Made by a program: the position numbers and the translations under genes. A DNA stretch of 64,000 bases from Octopus sinensis (Eukaryota). The notes under the pieces were generated by a model that saw only the letters and a program-made list of their open reading frames with translations, was not told the DNA's origin and did no database searches. Where the stretch lies: positions 18,786,001 through 18,850,000 of the forward strand of contig NC_042997.1 in assembly GCF_006345805.1 (NCBI RefSeq). The letters are read 5' to 3'. Every line of letters starts with the position of its first letter. Position 1 is the first letter of the stretch. This document shows positions 1-12,330 of this stretch, in pieces.

Positions 1-585
1 ATCTACTCCATTTCAGTAAAGAACAATAAGTATGTGATGATGTAGGGATAACAAGCATATAAGTGTTGTTACCAAGCTAAGATGTAGTGTTCAAATCCTG
101 CATGTGATGTTACAACATTTTTCCATCTTATTCATTGATATCATTAAGTATATAATACTATAACTTGAATACTGTGTGGACTTAGATTGCAGTTGATAAA
201 TCAATATCATGTTAAGGTAGCTATTTAATTAAAGAGCTAATTTAAGTGGTAAAGGGTTGAGACATTGTTTCATTGTAGTGGTTAACACAACTGTATAGTT
301 TACAGTAGTCATGGTGTTTGAATTCCACAGGTGATGCTACAAAATGTTTCCATCTTATGTACGTGTGTATGTATGTGTATGTCATTATTCAGTTTTATGT
401 CAAGATTTCTTGCAAATAGAGAGAGCCTGTTTCTAACCAAGATCCAAGGCATCTTTATTGGAATTTCAACAACATAAACAGAGTATTTTTGTATGTATAT
501 ATGCACACATGCAAGTTTGTATGTTTTGTTTTATGTATACATTCTCATGCATATACTTGCATATCTAGACATGCTCATATATACT

Positions 586-862
586 TAAAAGATAAACTTC
601 TGGAAAACTTTACAGATTTTTATAGTTCCAGTGATGGATTGGATCTGTAATCTTCAAATCAGCTTTCTCCTTTCTGGTTTTAAGAAGCCCAACTTCTCAA
701 GATCAATACTTAGGCACTTTGTGTTACATGTCTCAGTGCGCCAATGAGTACAGGTATAACTTGAATTTGTAATCTGAATGGAGTAACTGCAAATTTCTCA
801 ACAGTTCAGCATAGGTATTTTATTTTCCCCTGAACTTTAGCTTTATGTTAATATACATGTTA
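586..862 (-). mobile_element. 3' remnant of a restriction-like-endonuclease (R4/NeSL-type) LINE
   Basis: Minus-strand translation gives YAELLRNLQLLHSDYKF...RLQIQSITGTIKICKVFQKFIF*, typical of an RLE-LINE ORF C-terminus; frameshifted. Continues upstream at about 1270-1600. Confidence 0.7.
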
Positions 863-864
863 AC

Positions 865-1266
865 ATGTGCCAGTGGCATGTAAGAGCACCCATTAAACTC
901 TCAGAGTGTTTGGCACTAGGAAGGGCATCCAGCTGCAGGAACCATGCCAAATCAAACTGGAGTCTGATGCTAGCTTCCAGCTTGCCCTGGTCAAACCGTC
1001 TAACCCATGCCAATCATCATCATCATCATCATCATTTAACGTCCGCTTTCAATGCTAGCATGGGTTGGACGGTTCAACTGGGGTCTGGGAAGCCCGAAGG
1101 CTGCACCAGGCCAGTCAGATCTGGCAGTGTTTCTACAGCTGGATGCCCTTCCTAATGCCAACCACTCCGAGAGTGTAGTGGGTGATTTTATGTGCCACCG
1201 ACACAGGTGCCAGACGAGGCTGGCAGACGGCCAGTAGATGTTAAATTAGGATGATAATGACGATGC
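865..1266. mobile_element. Two RTE-LINE 3' tails, one nested in the other in opposite orientation
   Basis: 865-1012 is the RTE tail in + orientation, 1013-1232 is a minus copy starting with (CAT)n, and the rest of the + tail (gatgttaaat...gatgat) follows. Same sequence as the tails at 10535, 47638 and 55352. Confidence 0.8.
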
Positions 1267-1269
1267 TGG

Positions 1270-1600
1270 ACAGCTGATTTCCACAACTGTAGTTTTTGTT
1301 CTGTATCCCAAATCATTATGTCGGGTCTATTGTTTTTACATTTTATTAAGGTTTTTCACTGGGATATTCCCCCAGTATTCCTCTTTAGTATGAATGGCTT
1401 TGGTTTCCACCATATTGTGGGTTTTTATTTCTTTGTCCTTGGGGGTTATCCATCTGATGGATCTCGTTATACAGTGTCCTAGCTGCAACATCATGTCACA
1501 TTGGTAGATAATACCATGATGATATTTTCGGACACCTGCTTATAATCTGGTTGATACCTTGGGTGTTAACACCACAAAGTCTGCATTGGTTGTCACATTT
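1270..1600 (-). mobile_element. RLE-type LINE remnant (endonuclease region)
   Basis: Minus strand reads KCKNNRPDIMIWDTEQK, containing the NRPD motif of PD-(D/E)xK restriction-like endonucleases; degenerate. Confidence 0.7.
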
Positions 1601-1627
1601 TTCTGCTTTTCCTGCATTTGTATGTAT

Positions 1628-1981
1628 GTACGTATGTTCTTACTCACAAGACCTTCGGTCATGAATGACCATGGGATTGCACCTAGAAAGTTACTCTCCG
1701 AGGCAGAAGCTTGGGCAAAGTTGTTTGTGGAAGGCCAGCAGTCTCCCATGCATACCGGCCTCCCCTCTCCACACCACTGATGTTATCCAAGGGAAAGGCA
1801 AAGGCTGATACAGCTTGGCACCAGTGTTGTTGCAACTCATTTCTACAGCTGAGTTAACTGGAGTAACGTGAAATAAAGTGTCTTGCTCAAGAACACAACA
1901 CACAGCCTGGTCTGGAAATCAAACTCATAACCTCACGATCATAAGCTCGACACTCTAACCACTGAGCCATGAGTCTTCACA
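1628..1981 (-). mobile_element. tRNA-derived SINE with CORE-like segment
   Basis: Minus strand begins with A box tggctcagtggttag and a degenerate B box gagtttgatttcc, then ttgagcaagacactt...cagctgtagaaatgag; the head is shared with the copy at 24738. Confidence 0.75.
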
Positions 1982-2490
1982 AGACCAAGTGCACCAATTA
2001 TTATTGGTATAAATGTGAATTTATAATCTGGATATAGAAGCTGGAGTTTTCAAAGCAGTTGTTTTTAGTTACCCTCTTTCTCTTTGATTTTCAAAGAGAT
2101 ATTCACATCAGCAGGACAGCTGTCCTCTATGACAGTACATAATTTTTCTTGTCTGTCACAAACAACAATATCCGGCCTGTTCTGTTTACGTTTGACAGAT
2201 GTCTTGATGGGAATGTTCCACCAGTATTCCTTGTGTTGATGTTTGTGTATGTATTCAATAACAAGGGGAATATCTATATTTATTCCAGAATATCTATATA
2301 TTTATTTTGAGTGTCATTATATATTGTTTTTGCAATATCATCGGGTTGCATAGAAAAGTAGAATTTCTGATGACATTTTTGGGCAGCTGCTAATCACACG
2401 TGTGTTGTATTCCACAGAAATATGTCATAATCTACATTTTCCATTGCATCTTTGAGCTTCAAGGACTTTACTGTCTCTTTTCTTTAATAA
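1982..2490 (-). mobile_element. RLE-type LINE remnant (CCHC knuckle plus endonuclease)
   Basis: Minus strand reads CNGKCRL*...THVISSCPKMSS, then KEYWWNIPIKTSVKRKQNRPDIVV...SCPADVNI...LQLLYPDYKFTFIPIIIGALG; contains stops and frameshifts. Confidence 0.8.
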
Positions 2491-2594
2491 GTATTTCATA
2501 TGTATGTAAGAACGTATGCATTATGTACATATGCATGTATGCACGTGTGTGTGTATGCATATACATAAGTATGTATTATGTACATATGTAACTT

Positions 2595-2986
2595 TATAGG
2601 TGCAGGAGTGGCTGTGTGGTAAATAGCTTGCTTACCAGCCACATGGTTCCAGGTTCATTCCCACTGTGTGACATCTTGGGCAAGTGTCGACCAAAGCCTT
2701 GTGAGTGGATTTGGTAGACGCAAACTGTAAGAAGCCCGTCGTATATATGTATATGTATATATATGTGTGTGTGTTTGTGTGTGTCTGCGTTTGTCCCCAC
2801 AACATCACTTGACAACCGATGCTGGTGTGTTTACGTCCTAGTAACTTAGTGGTTCAGCAAAAGAGACCTATAGGATAAGTACTAGGCTTACAAAGAATAA
2901 GTCCTGGGGTTGATTTGCTCGACTAAATGCAGTGTTCCAGCATGGCCACAGTCAAATGACTGAAACAAGTAAAAGACTAAAAGAGT
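2595..2986 (+). mobile_element. tRNA-derived SINE, dominant family (family A), near full length
   Basis: A box tggctgtgtgg, B-box-like ggttcattccc, internal (TA)/(TG) microsatellite, 3' stem-loop cagtca-aa-tgactg and a (gtaaaaga)n tail; more than 10 copies in the window. Confidence 0.9.
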
Positions 2987-3899
2987 ATATGCATGTATGT
3001 ATGTACATATGCATGCATATATATATAAGGATGTATATGTACATATAAGGATGTATTATGTACATATGCATGCATATATATATAAGGATGTCTGTATATC
3101 TGCAGTGTGTATATGTGTGTGTTCATAAAAGAATTTAAGAGATCCAAGTCTGCCAAGTCTATCTGTGGAGGCTACTAACAACCTCTTTTTCTTTTAATAT
3201 TCAGATTTGATATTCACAGTTTGAGTTGCTTCATTTAGGTCAGCATTTTCTAATTCATCTTTATTTCTACTATTTCCATCTAATCATCACTCTTAATGCA
3301 TGCATCATTGCAACCAGACTACCACACCAGGACACCATATGCTTTCATTGTCTAGAAACACATTTTCTGGATAACTATATGTGCAGTTGCAGCAGTGTTG
3401 TATGAAGTCTTTTACTTCCACTTTCACTTTCTTTCTCTCCATTCTTTCTCTTTTCCCACTCTCTCTGTATTCCTCTTTCTTGTCAAGAATATATTCACAC
3501 CAAGAAAGGTGAGTAACGCAAGAAACTTTTCCATACGAGTGTCAGTACTGCACATGATCATGTGTGTGTGTAAGTGTGTAAGTGTGTGTGTGTGTATGTG
3601 TGTGTGTGTGTATGTGTGTGTGTGTGTGTGTGTGCATGCATGTCTGAGAATGCATATATCTGTGTGTGTACGTGCACATGCATGTGTATACATATGCAAC
3701 AGACCCCTACAAAGCTTCTGTCTACCAAATTCCATTCTAAAGCTATTGGTCAGCCTAAGGCTATGGTAGTAGACCAGAACCAAGTGTTGCACAGTGGGAT
3801 CAAACTTAGAACCACTTACTAAAGATGAATTAGAAAATGCTGACCTAGAATGAAGCAACTCAAACTTACTTGTTGAGTGAAGATCTTGTGCAGCATATA

Positions 3900-3988
3900 A
3901 ACATACAAACATACATACATACATACATACATACATACATACATACATACATACATACATACATACATACATACATACATACATACAT
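3900..3988. repeat. (CATA)n microsatellite
   Basis: Directly visible tandem tetranucleotide. Confidence 0.95.
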
Positions 3989-4002
3989 GCAAAATATATA
4001 TA

Positions 4003-4394
4003 TTACTTGTTTCAGCTATTTGACTGTGGCTGTGCTGGAGCACCGCTTTTAGTCGCACATATCGACCCCAGGACTTATTCTTTGTTAGCCTAGTACTTAT
4101 TCTATCGGTCTCTTTTGCTGAACAGCTAAGTTATGGGGATGTAAACACACCAGCATCAAGCAATGTTGGGGGAACAAACACAGACACACAAACATATATA
4201 CACACACACACACACATATATATATATACGACTGGCTTCTTTAAGTTTCCATCTACCAAATCCATTCACAAAGCTTTGGTTGGCCCGAGGCTATAGTAGA
4301 AGTCACTTGCCCAAGGTGCCATGCAGTGGGACTGAACCTGGAACCATGTAGTTCGTAAGCAAGCTACTTACCACACAGCCACTCCTACACCTAT
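4003..4394 (-). mobile_element. SINE family A, full length
   Basis: Reverse complement of 2595-2986. Confidence 0.9.
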
Positions 4395-4404
4395 ATATAT
4401 ATAT

Positions 4405-4628
4405 TTTTTTATTATTTTTTTTTATTTATCTAGTTTCAGCTCATGAGCTGTAGCCATGCTGGGGCACTGCCGTTTGGTGTTGCTACATGATTTTACTTCG
4501 CGAATGCTTTTTAGCAATTGACATTTGGTGCATGAGAGAGTTTGATGCAGCTGCACCAAATTGGTTCATCTGGGACACCTGACAGGAAGAGATCCAGTTT
4601 TATTTTAAAGACATCTGCATCCAACCCA
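4405..4628 (-). mobile_element. 3' end of a CR1/Jockey-group LINE
   Basis: Minus strand reads DADVFKIKLDLFLSGVPDEP...AAASNSLMHQ, followed by the tail gccccagcatggctacagctcatgagctgaaac and an A-rich end. Confidence 0.65.
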
Positions 4629-4843
4629 TATATATATATGTATATATACATACACTCACACACACACACACACATATGTCCAGCAGTTGCCTGTATGGAA
4701 AACAGATGTTAAATGATGATGAACGATGATGATATATCAGCATATCTGTATATACACATACATTATAGATTCAAATATCCATACATGTATATATATATGT
4801 GTGTGTGTACATAATTATACGTATGTGTATATGTGAATATGCA

Positions 4844-4892
<49 letters not shown>

Positions 4893-5018
4893 GTATTTAT
4901 ATATATATATAAATATATACATACACACACATATATATATGCATACATATATGCATATAGATATATGCACATACACTCGTTTATTAATAAATGTATATAC
5001 ATTCATAAATACATGTAC

Positions 5019-5049
<31 letters not shown>

Positions 5050-5629
5050 TATATATTTATATTTTCTTATATACTCATGTATATAAATAAATAATAATAA
5101 TAATAATTTACCTCTGTACACATGGGAAAAATTTTCTTTTAGACATGTATCATTTAAAACATGACTGTGTTCCAGTTTTATGTTGCTTTTTTTTATTAAG
5201 GAATTTGCATTGTATTTTGCTAGGATATAGTTTACATAACCCTTGACTTTTACTCTTTTTTTAAAATTATATCTGAGTTATAACAATATGGCTGGGGGAA
5301 ATTATCAACTAAATTTTTTTATATCAAACTTTACTTAAAATTTTTTTATCCTCGTATAGTAACATTTTCTTGTTCTACATACATTGGCTGATGATGACAC
5401 ACAGGTATTCCTATATTCCTGTATGAAATGTATAAGATCTATAACTTTGTACTTTTGCATATGTATGTATAAATGAATTGGTCATCTGTTTTTAGTTTGG
5501 GGTTTGTAATTGAATTTGATATTTTTCGAACGAAATTATACACCCATATATGTAACATAAATGTGTATACATATAATATGTATATATACATTTATGTTAC
5601 ATAAATGTATATATATGCCACAATGATAT

Positions 5630-6357
5630 CAACTCAGAAATGCACCACATCCTGCATATACTGAACCCAAAGGCACTGCAATCCCAGAGTCACAGACAGT
5701 AAGAGACTTGGGGATCAGTATGTATAATAATGAATTATTCCACTTACCCATTACTAAGATGGGAACAACGAGTAGACAGTCGACAGGATGGATACTAAGG
5801 TCCTTTAGGGCAACAGACCAAGAGTCATATTGGCCCCATGAAAGACCTTTGTTCTTAGCCACCTGGACTATTGATATCAGCTGAGGTCTCTGCATTGTGT
5901 CGAACTAACTGTGAAGTTTGAAGTGATCAAACCTTATTACACTAAAACGATTGCTACAGTACAATAGATGAATTACTGGGGGAGGCTAAAACAAAACTAC
6001 AACTTTGCTCCCTGGAGTGAAAATGTGAGATGTATGTAATAATTTACATGTGGAAAATTCTGGAAGGGCTAGTTCCTAACTTCAGCATCAAGAGTTATAG
6101 AAATGCCCATACTGGACACCACTGTATAGTAACAAAAGTACTGTCTGCTCTGTCTAAAGTGAGAACCAGGTACCGTAACAGCTTGGGGTTCAAAGGCCCA
6201 TAGCACAATACCAGATGAATGAACATCTCAGCATGAAATGCAGATGAGGACAGAGGTGTTAAACTCCCTCATATACAAAATGACAAAATGCACAAAGTAG
6301 TGGAGTTGCTCCAGCATGACTGCAGGGGCATAGCTGAAAGACATAAAAGAAATAAAT
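5630..6357 (+). mobile_element. CR1/Jockey-group LINE 3' remnant
   Basis: Reads SQTVRDLGISM...GWILRSFR, then YWGRLK and IPDE...NSLIY, ending in the tail gctccagcatgactgcag...ctgaaa. Confidence 0.7.
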
Positions 6358-6361
6358 GAAA

Positions 6362-6362
6362 A

Positions 6363-6393
<31 letters not shown>

Positions 6394-6422
6394 TGTATGC
6401 TTATATTTATATATATATATAC

Positions 6423-6497
<75 letters not shown>

Positions 6498-6528
6498 CTG
6501 CTGCTGCTGCTGCTGATGATGATGATGA

Positions 6529-6592
<64 letters not shown>

Positions 6593-6612
6593 CTGTTGTT
6601 ATTGTTGTTGTT
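6362..6612. repeat. Compound microsatellite (GT)n(AT)n(GAT)n(GCT)n(GAT)n(GTT)n
   Basis: Directly visible. Confidence 0.95.
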
Positions 6613-7674
6613 AAGCAACAAGACGGGTAAGGGTGATTAAGTGATGGTCTAGGGCTTAGGGGCAGGAGACCCCAGACCTTGGAAAAAAAAAATTTTGGTC
6701 ATCTTGTTGTAGTCGAGGGCTCTTCGTTGATGCCTGACACCACTGGGAGGTGGTCCTCGAAGTTGCTGGAAATGGAGATCTCCAGGTCCAAATTCTTGAA
6801 CGGCTGCTGCTGCTGATGATGAGGATGATGATGATGAATAGGATAATATTGATATAAACACACACATATTTACATACATACATGCTTAAACACACACACA
6901 CACACACACACATGCATGTGTACCTATAGCTGAGTTTTATGCATCTTCTGCTCTGTTGTGGTTTTCTTTATAATGTCTTCATGTATTCGATAAACAGAAT
7001 GTTCTTAGTTTATGCAATTGAAATTAAGTACAATTTGTCTTTAAGTGTTTATAGTTATTGTACTGAATATCTTTTGGTATTGTATTATACTTTAATCTAC
7101 TAATTCATGTATAGATGCATAATTGATCACTATGAATTAAATGAATTAATTTATTTTTGTAGGTTTTCAAATTTTCCTAGAAGAGAATCTAAATGCTGTC
7201 TGAGTAGTGATTTTAGATATGACTACATTTGTGCTGAAATTTGCAATCTTATAGCTACTAATCAAGACTGGAAGCTAGACAGATTCATTCAATAAATTTT
7301 CTAATCATAGAAAGAAAGACGATATTCTGTGAAGCATAATTCTCATCATCATCATCATCATCATTGTTTTAACATCCAATTTTATAAGCTTGTATGTGTT
7401 AGAAATTATTGATGTACATAATCTATGCCTGGATGCCCTTGCTGTTGCCAACTCATAGCTGTTTTCATGCTAGCTGATATTTGCCTGTGCGCAGACATGT
7501 TTTTATAAAATATTGAAAGTGAATGACACTGCTTCAACAACAGTGGCACTTATTTACAACTATCACAAGATATCAAAACAAGAAGACGCAAAAACATTTA
7601 TATTCACACTTATTTACACTATACATATGTTATATATGTGTGTGTGTGTGTGTGGTGTGTGTGTGTGTGTGTGC

Positions 7675-7862
7675 ATATCACATGATCACATGACTGACCA
7701 GGCTATCAGATGTTGCTACACATTGCTGGTCACAATGTGCTTCGCATTGTTTTAGCCTTCAAACGACGTCCCTCCCGCCCCACCGCTGGCTAAGCGAGCA
7801 GGCCAACAGAAGAAAGAGCGAGAGAAAGTTGTAGCGAAAGAGTACAAAAGGGATTGCTACCA
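7675..7862 (-). mobile_element. SINE fragment sharing its body with 17869-18183
   Basis: gagagaaagttgtagcgaaagagtaca is the reverse complement of tgtactctttcgccacaactttctctc at about 18020. Confidence 0.6.
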
Positions 7863-7925
7863 TTATTCAATTTGGAAAGGAAGGCACTAACCAATTCATC
7901 AACAGGTACTTAGCCATATGCTTAC

Positions 7926-8790
7926 AACTCTAGATCTGAAAATTTCAGATCTAGAGTTCAGCAGTGAGTTAGAGGTCTTAGATCTCAAAAGGATGTCAGT
8001 TCTTTCAGCTATGCATAACTTACATATTTTGATCTGTTAAGATATGGTGCGGATTTTTTGTCTATGTTCCATTTTATTGTATGTAGTGTGGTGTTCAGTT
8101 CCAAACCCCTTATTTGGCTAGCCAACTTAGTAGCTCTACTTTTGTCCCTGTGTTGGAAGGAAGATATGTGATCAGCACACTGATTTTTAAATTCACTTTC
8201 ACATAGTCTGATATAGCTCTTCTTATCATTGCTATAACTTCTACTTCACATATTATAGATTTAATCATACAGTGGTTGTTAAGTGGACAGGTTCTTGGGT
8301 CTTGATAATTACAATTGGCTCTCGGTTTTGGTCTTGTGTAATGATACTCTTCATATTGGGACAGCAACTAAATGAAAATTTCACTGAACACCTGTTAAAT
8401 ATTTTCTGTACCAGCAATTTTCTGGAATATGTTTGTCTAAGAGAGACAGGAATCTTCTACCTATGTTAGTTTTACATTAAGAGAAAAGGGTGGGGTGAAC
8501 CAAATTGTTTTCCTAGATTTATTTTTTGGCTTATTATTATTATTATTCCAATTAATATTAGAAGAGTTATATATTAATTTATCCTTAATGTCATTATTGG
8601 CTAGGGCATTGTTGTAGTAGGAGGCTGCCTTCTTGAAAATTTCTTTTGAGGAAGAGAGGTTAGAAACTCTGTTACTAATGTTAGTTATTAGGTTTCTAAA
8701 TACTGCAGGAGCTTCACAAGAATGCTCATGTATATAGGAAAGTTTCTCATTAAGCTTATGGTATGGTTTATAAGGGTGAGTTCAGGTCAG
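7926..8790 (-). mobile_element. Penelope-like retroelement remnant (RT C-terminus, linker and GIY-YIG endonuclease)
   Basis: Minus strand reads YKPYHKLNEKLSYIH...RVSNLSS, RKTIWFTPPFS...TNIGRRFLSLLDKH...IFNR, NCNYQDPRTCPLNNHC, SYIRLCESEFKNQCADHISSFQH...TKLASQI and LLNSRSEI. This is the motif order of PLE linker plus GIY-YIG; frameshifted. Confidence 0.85.
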
Positions 8791-9430
8791 TTAGGCCCCA
8801 AAATCACAGTCGCTACTAATCTGTCTAAAGTTGAATTTTTTAGATGTTTTCCGAGGCCAGAACTCCTCTTCTGAATAGTGTCCTAGTGTTGTATGATGTA
8901 ACAGTAATGTGCATTTAGTTGATTTATATTCAATCAATTGCAGTATCTGTTCATCCATTCATTCCTATGCAGCTTTGATTGAGGTGTCACCCATGTGGAT
9001 GGGTGAAGCTTGTCAAGTAATCAGTTAACTAGCTTAGTACCACTGGATTACTTGACAAGTCTATATTCAACTCTGCATTAGATAATACCTGATGAGCATG
9101 AGCATTACATAATGCATGATGTAATCCATAATATTGTATTATGCTTACAGTAGATAATGATTCTAAGTGAAACAATTGTCACAAAATTTAAAACAAATTC
9201 GCTTGTTTCTTACTATCATTATTTCATTGCACGCCAGGGTTTCTACTATTTATCAAATTACTGTAAACAATTTGAAATACAAATTACCTAATGACAGTGA
9301 CTGGTTTTCATTGTTGCTTTAAAACTGATAATGGATTACTACACTGTCTGCTCGGTGTGATTGCGTCTAGCTAACCACTGGCATGATATAAGTTAATATG
9401 CTTTAATTCTTTATGAATCCTACATAATCG

Positions 9431-9507
<77 letters not shown>

Positions 9508-9572
9508 TCAATAATTTCTAACACATACAAGCTTATAAATTGGATATATACACATATACATCATTATCTACT

Positions 9573-9779
9573 GGAGGTGTAGGAGTGGCTGTGTGGTAAG
9601 TAGCTTGCTTACGAACCACATGGTTCCAGGTTCAGTCCCACTGTGTGGCACCTGGGCAAGTGTCTTCTACTATAGCCTCGGGCTGACCAAAGCCTTGTGA
9701 ATGGATTTGGTAGACAGAAACTGAAAGAAGCACTTCGTATATATGTATGTATATATATATATAATATATATATATATAT

Positions 9780-9810
<31 letters not shown>

Positions 9811-10018
9811 GTGTGTGTATATGTTTGTGTGTCTGTATTTGTCCCCCCAACATCGCTTGACAACCAATACTGGTGTGTTTTCGTCCCCATGACTTAGCAG
9901 TTCAGCAGTACTAGGCTTACAAAGAATAATTCCTGGGGTCGATTTGCTCGACAAAAGGCGGTGCTCCAGCATGGCTACAGTCAAATGACTGAAACAAGTA
10001 GAGTAAAGACTAAAGAGT
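9573..10018 (+). mobile_element. SINE family A
   Basis: Same head, internal microsatellite and tail as 2595-2986, with a small internal deletion. Confidence 0.9.
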
Positions 10019-10493
10019 ATATACATACAGACAAAGACTGTAGATGAAAGAAATACAAACTTGCTCACACAGTCACACACAGATATACACACATTCGTAC
10101 ATGCATAATGAGTTTCTTTCAGTTTCCAACGACCAAATCCAGAGTTATAGAGGAAAACATTAGTAGAAAGTGACATGTAGTGAGAAAGAACTCAAACCCA
10201 TGTGACTGGGAGGCAAATGCCATAAATTACTCAGCACCAATGATAACATTTGTATATATATGAGTGTATGTATGTGTGTGTGTATATGTGAAGGTGCATA
10301 CATCCACATGTACACACATTAATATGCATGTATATGTGTGTGTGTGTATATATATATATATGTACATATATATATACACACATTATATATATACATATTT
10401 ACATTTATTTTATATATATATATATATATAAAACACACACACAATCTTATATATAATATATACACAGACTTGTTGTTATGCATGTATGTGTAA

Positions 10494-10532
<39 letters not shown>

Positions 10533-10534
10533 AA

Positions 10535-12221
10535 TCATCATCATCATTTAATGTCCGCTTTCTATGCTAGCATGGGATGGACGATTTGACTTCAGGACTG
10601 GCGAACCCGATGGCTGCACCAGGTTCCAATCTGATCTGGCAGAGTTTCTACAGCTGGAATCCCTTCCTAATGCCAACCACTCCGAGAGTGTAGTGGGTGC
10701 TTTTATGTGCCACAAGCACGAGGGCCAGTCAGGTGGTACTGGTAACGGCCATACGGAAATGGTGTTTTTTACATGCCACCCGCACAGGAGCCAGTCCAGC
10801 GGCACTGGCGTTGAATGTTTTTCATGGGTCACTGGCACAAGTGCCAGTAAGGCAACGCTGGTAACGATCATGCTTGAATGGTGCTTTTTACGTGCCACCG
10901 GCACTTGGTAACCTAGGTAAAAGAAGCTATCAACTATTTCTAGCTTTTCACCCTGGAACGTAGCGGAAGTTCTTCTCTGCTCATTTTCAGTATTTATTGC
11001 TCCTGAGCATCTGCCACATACAAAAACTATCTTTCCATTTAGCCTTCCTTTGATATTGCTGCACTTCTTATGTGTCCATAGCTTACATTGGGTACATCTT
11101 ATAGAGTTTCTACCTATGCCTTTTCTACAGATCAAGCAGGGCTATCTACCTGAAGGGATTTGTGGTTTGCCTGCCTTCCAACTTATTAAGACTTTGGTTT
11201 TAGCTAGGTTGACTCTAAGGCCCTTCGATTCTAATCCTTGTTTCCACACCTGAAACTTCCCCTAAAGTTCTGATAGTGACTCAGCAATTATTGCAAGGTC
11301 GTCAGCATAGAGGAGCTCCCAGTGGCATCCTGTCCTGAATTCTTCTGTTATTGCCTGGAGAACTATGATAAATAGGAGGGGGCTGAGGACTGAACCTTGG
11401 TGGACCCCTACCTTTACCCAGAATTTTTCACTGTACTCGTTGCCAGCCCTCACCTTACTAACAGCGTCCCTGTACATGGCTCGCACAGCACTCACTAACC
11501 ATTTATCTATCCCTAGTTTCCTCATTGACCACCAGGTAAGTGATCAGGGGACCCTGTCAAAGGCTTTCTCCATGTCAACGAAAGCCAGGTACAGAGGTTT
11601 ATCTTTGGCAAGGTATTTCTCCTGCAGCTGTCTTACCAGTAATATAGCATCAGTGGTGCTTTTCCCTGGTACGAACCCAAACTGCATCTCATCTAAACTG
11701 ACTCTCTCCCTAATTAGTTGGGCTATGATCCTCTCCGTGACCTTCATTACCTGATCGAAAAACTTGATACCTCTGTAATTTTTTCTACCTAAAGCATCAC
11801 CTTTTCTTTTGTAGCAGTTGACTATGGTGCTGCTACACCATTCATTGGGTATGACTCCTTTGTGTATCACCTGGTTAACTATACAGGTGACTAGGCTATA
11901 GCCGACAATGCCAGATATTTTGAGCATCTCTGCAGTGATTCCTGATGGGCCAGGGGCTTTCCCTGTCTTCATACTCTTAATTGTTTTATCTACCAAGGTA
12001 CTGTCAACTTGGATAGCTGGTCCCTCTGTTGGGTCGACACTCAGCAGACTCTCTTTCTCCCATTCATTAATTCATTTTCTTTATTGGGCAACCTTTCATA
12101 GTGGCGTCTCCAAACCTCTCTCATTGCAGCCTTGTTTAGTGCAAGTGAACCATAATCCATACAGACACATTTCTCTCCTACAACATCATGAGTCTCTCTC
12201 ACACACTGTCTTGCAACGTGA
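10535..12221 (-). mobile_element. RTE-clade LINE, 5'-truncated, with frameshifted reverse transcriptase
   Basis: ORFs 11544-11996 (KAPGPSG, NYRGI, QFGF, KAFDRVP), 11262-11525 (GVHQGSVLSPLLF, LLYADDL) and 10548-11135 (Cys/His finger, VDSFFYLG); (GAT)n tail at 10535; internal deletion near 10905. Confidence 0.92.
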
Positions 12222-12263
12222 AATATGTATATATATATATATATATATGTATGGATGTATGTT

Positions 12264-12330
<67 letters not shown>

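Noticed and set aside
3395-5094. ORFs rich in YI/CV/HT/MYVC repeats, here and throughout the window
   Set aside because: They are translations of (TA)n, (TG)n and (CATA)n microsatellites.
7163-7295. Terminal coding exon (FSNFPRRESKCC...DRFIQ*) after an acceptor-like site
   Set aside because: No recognisable homology and no linked upstream exon; compatible with chance.
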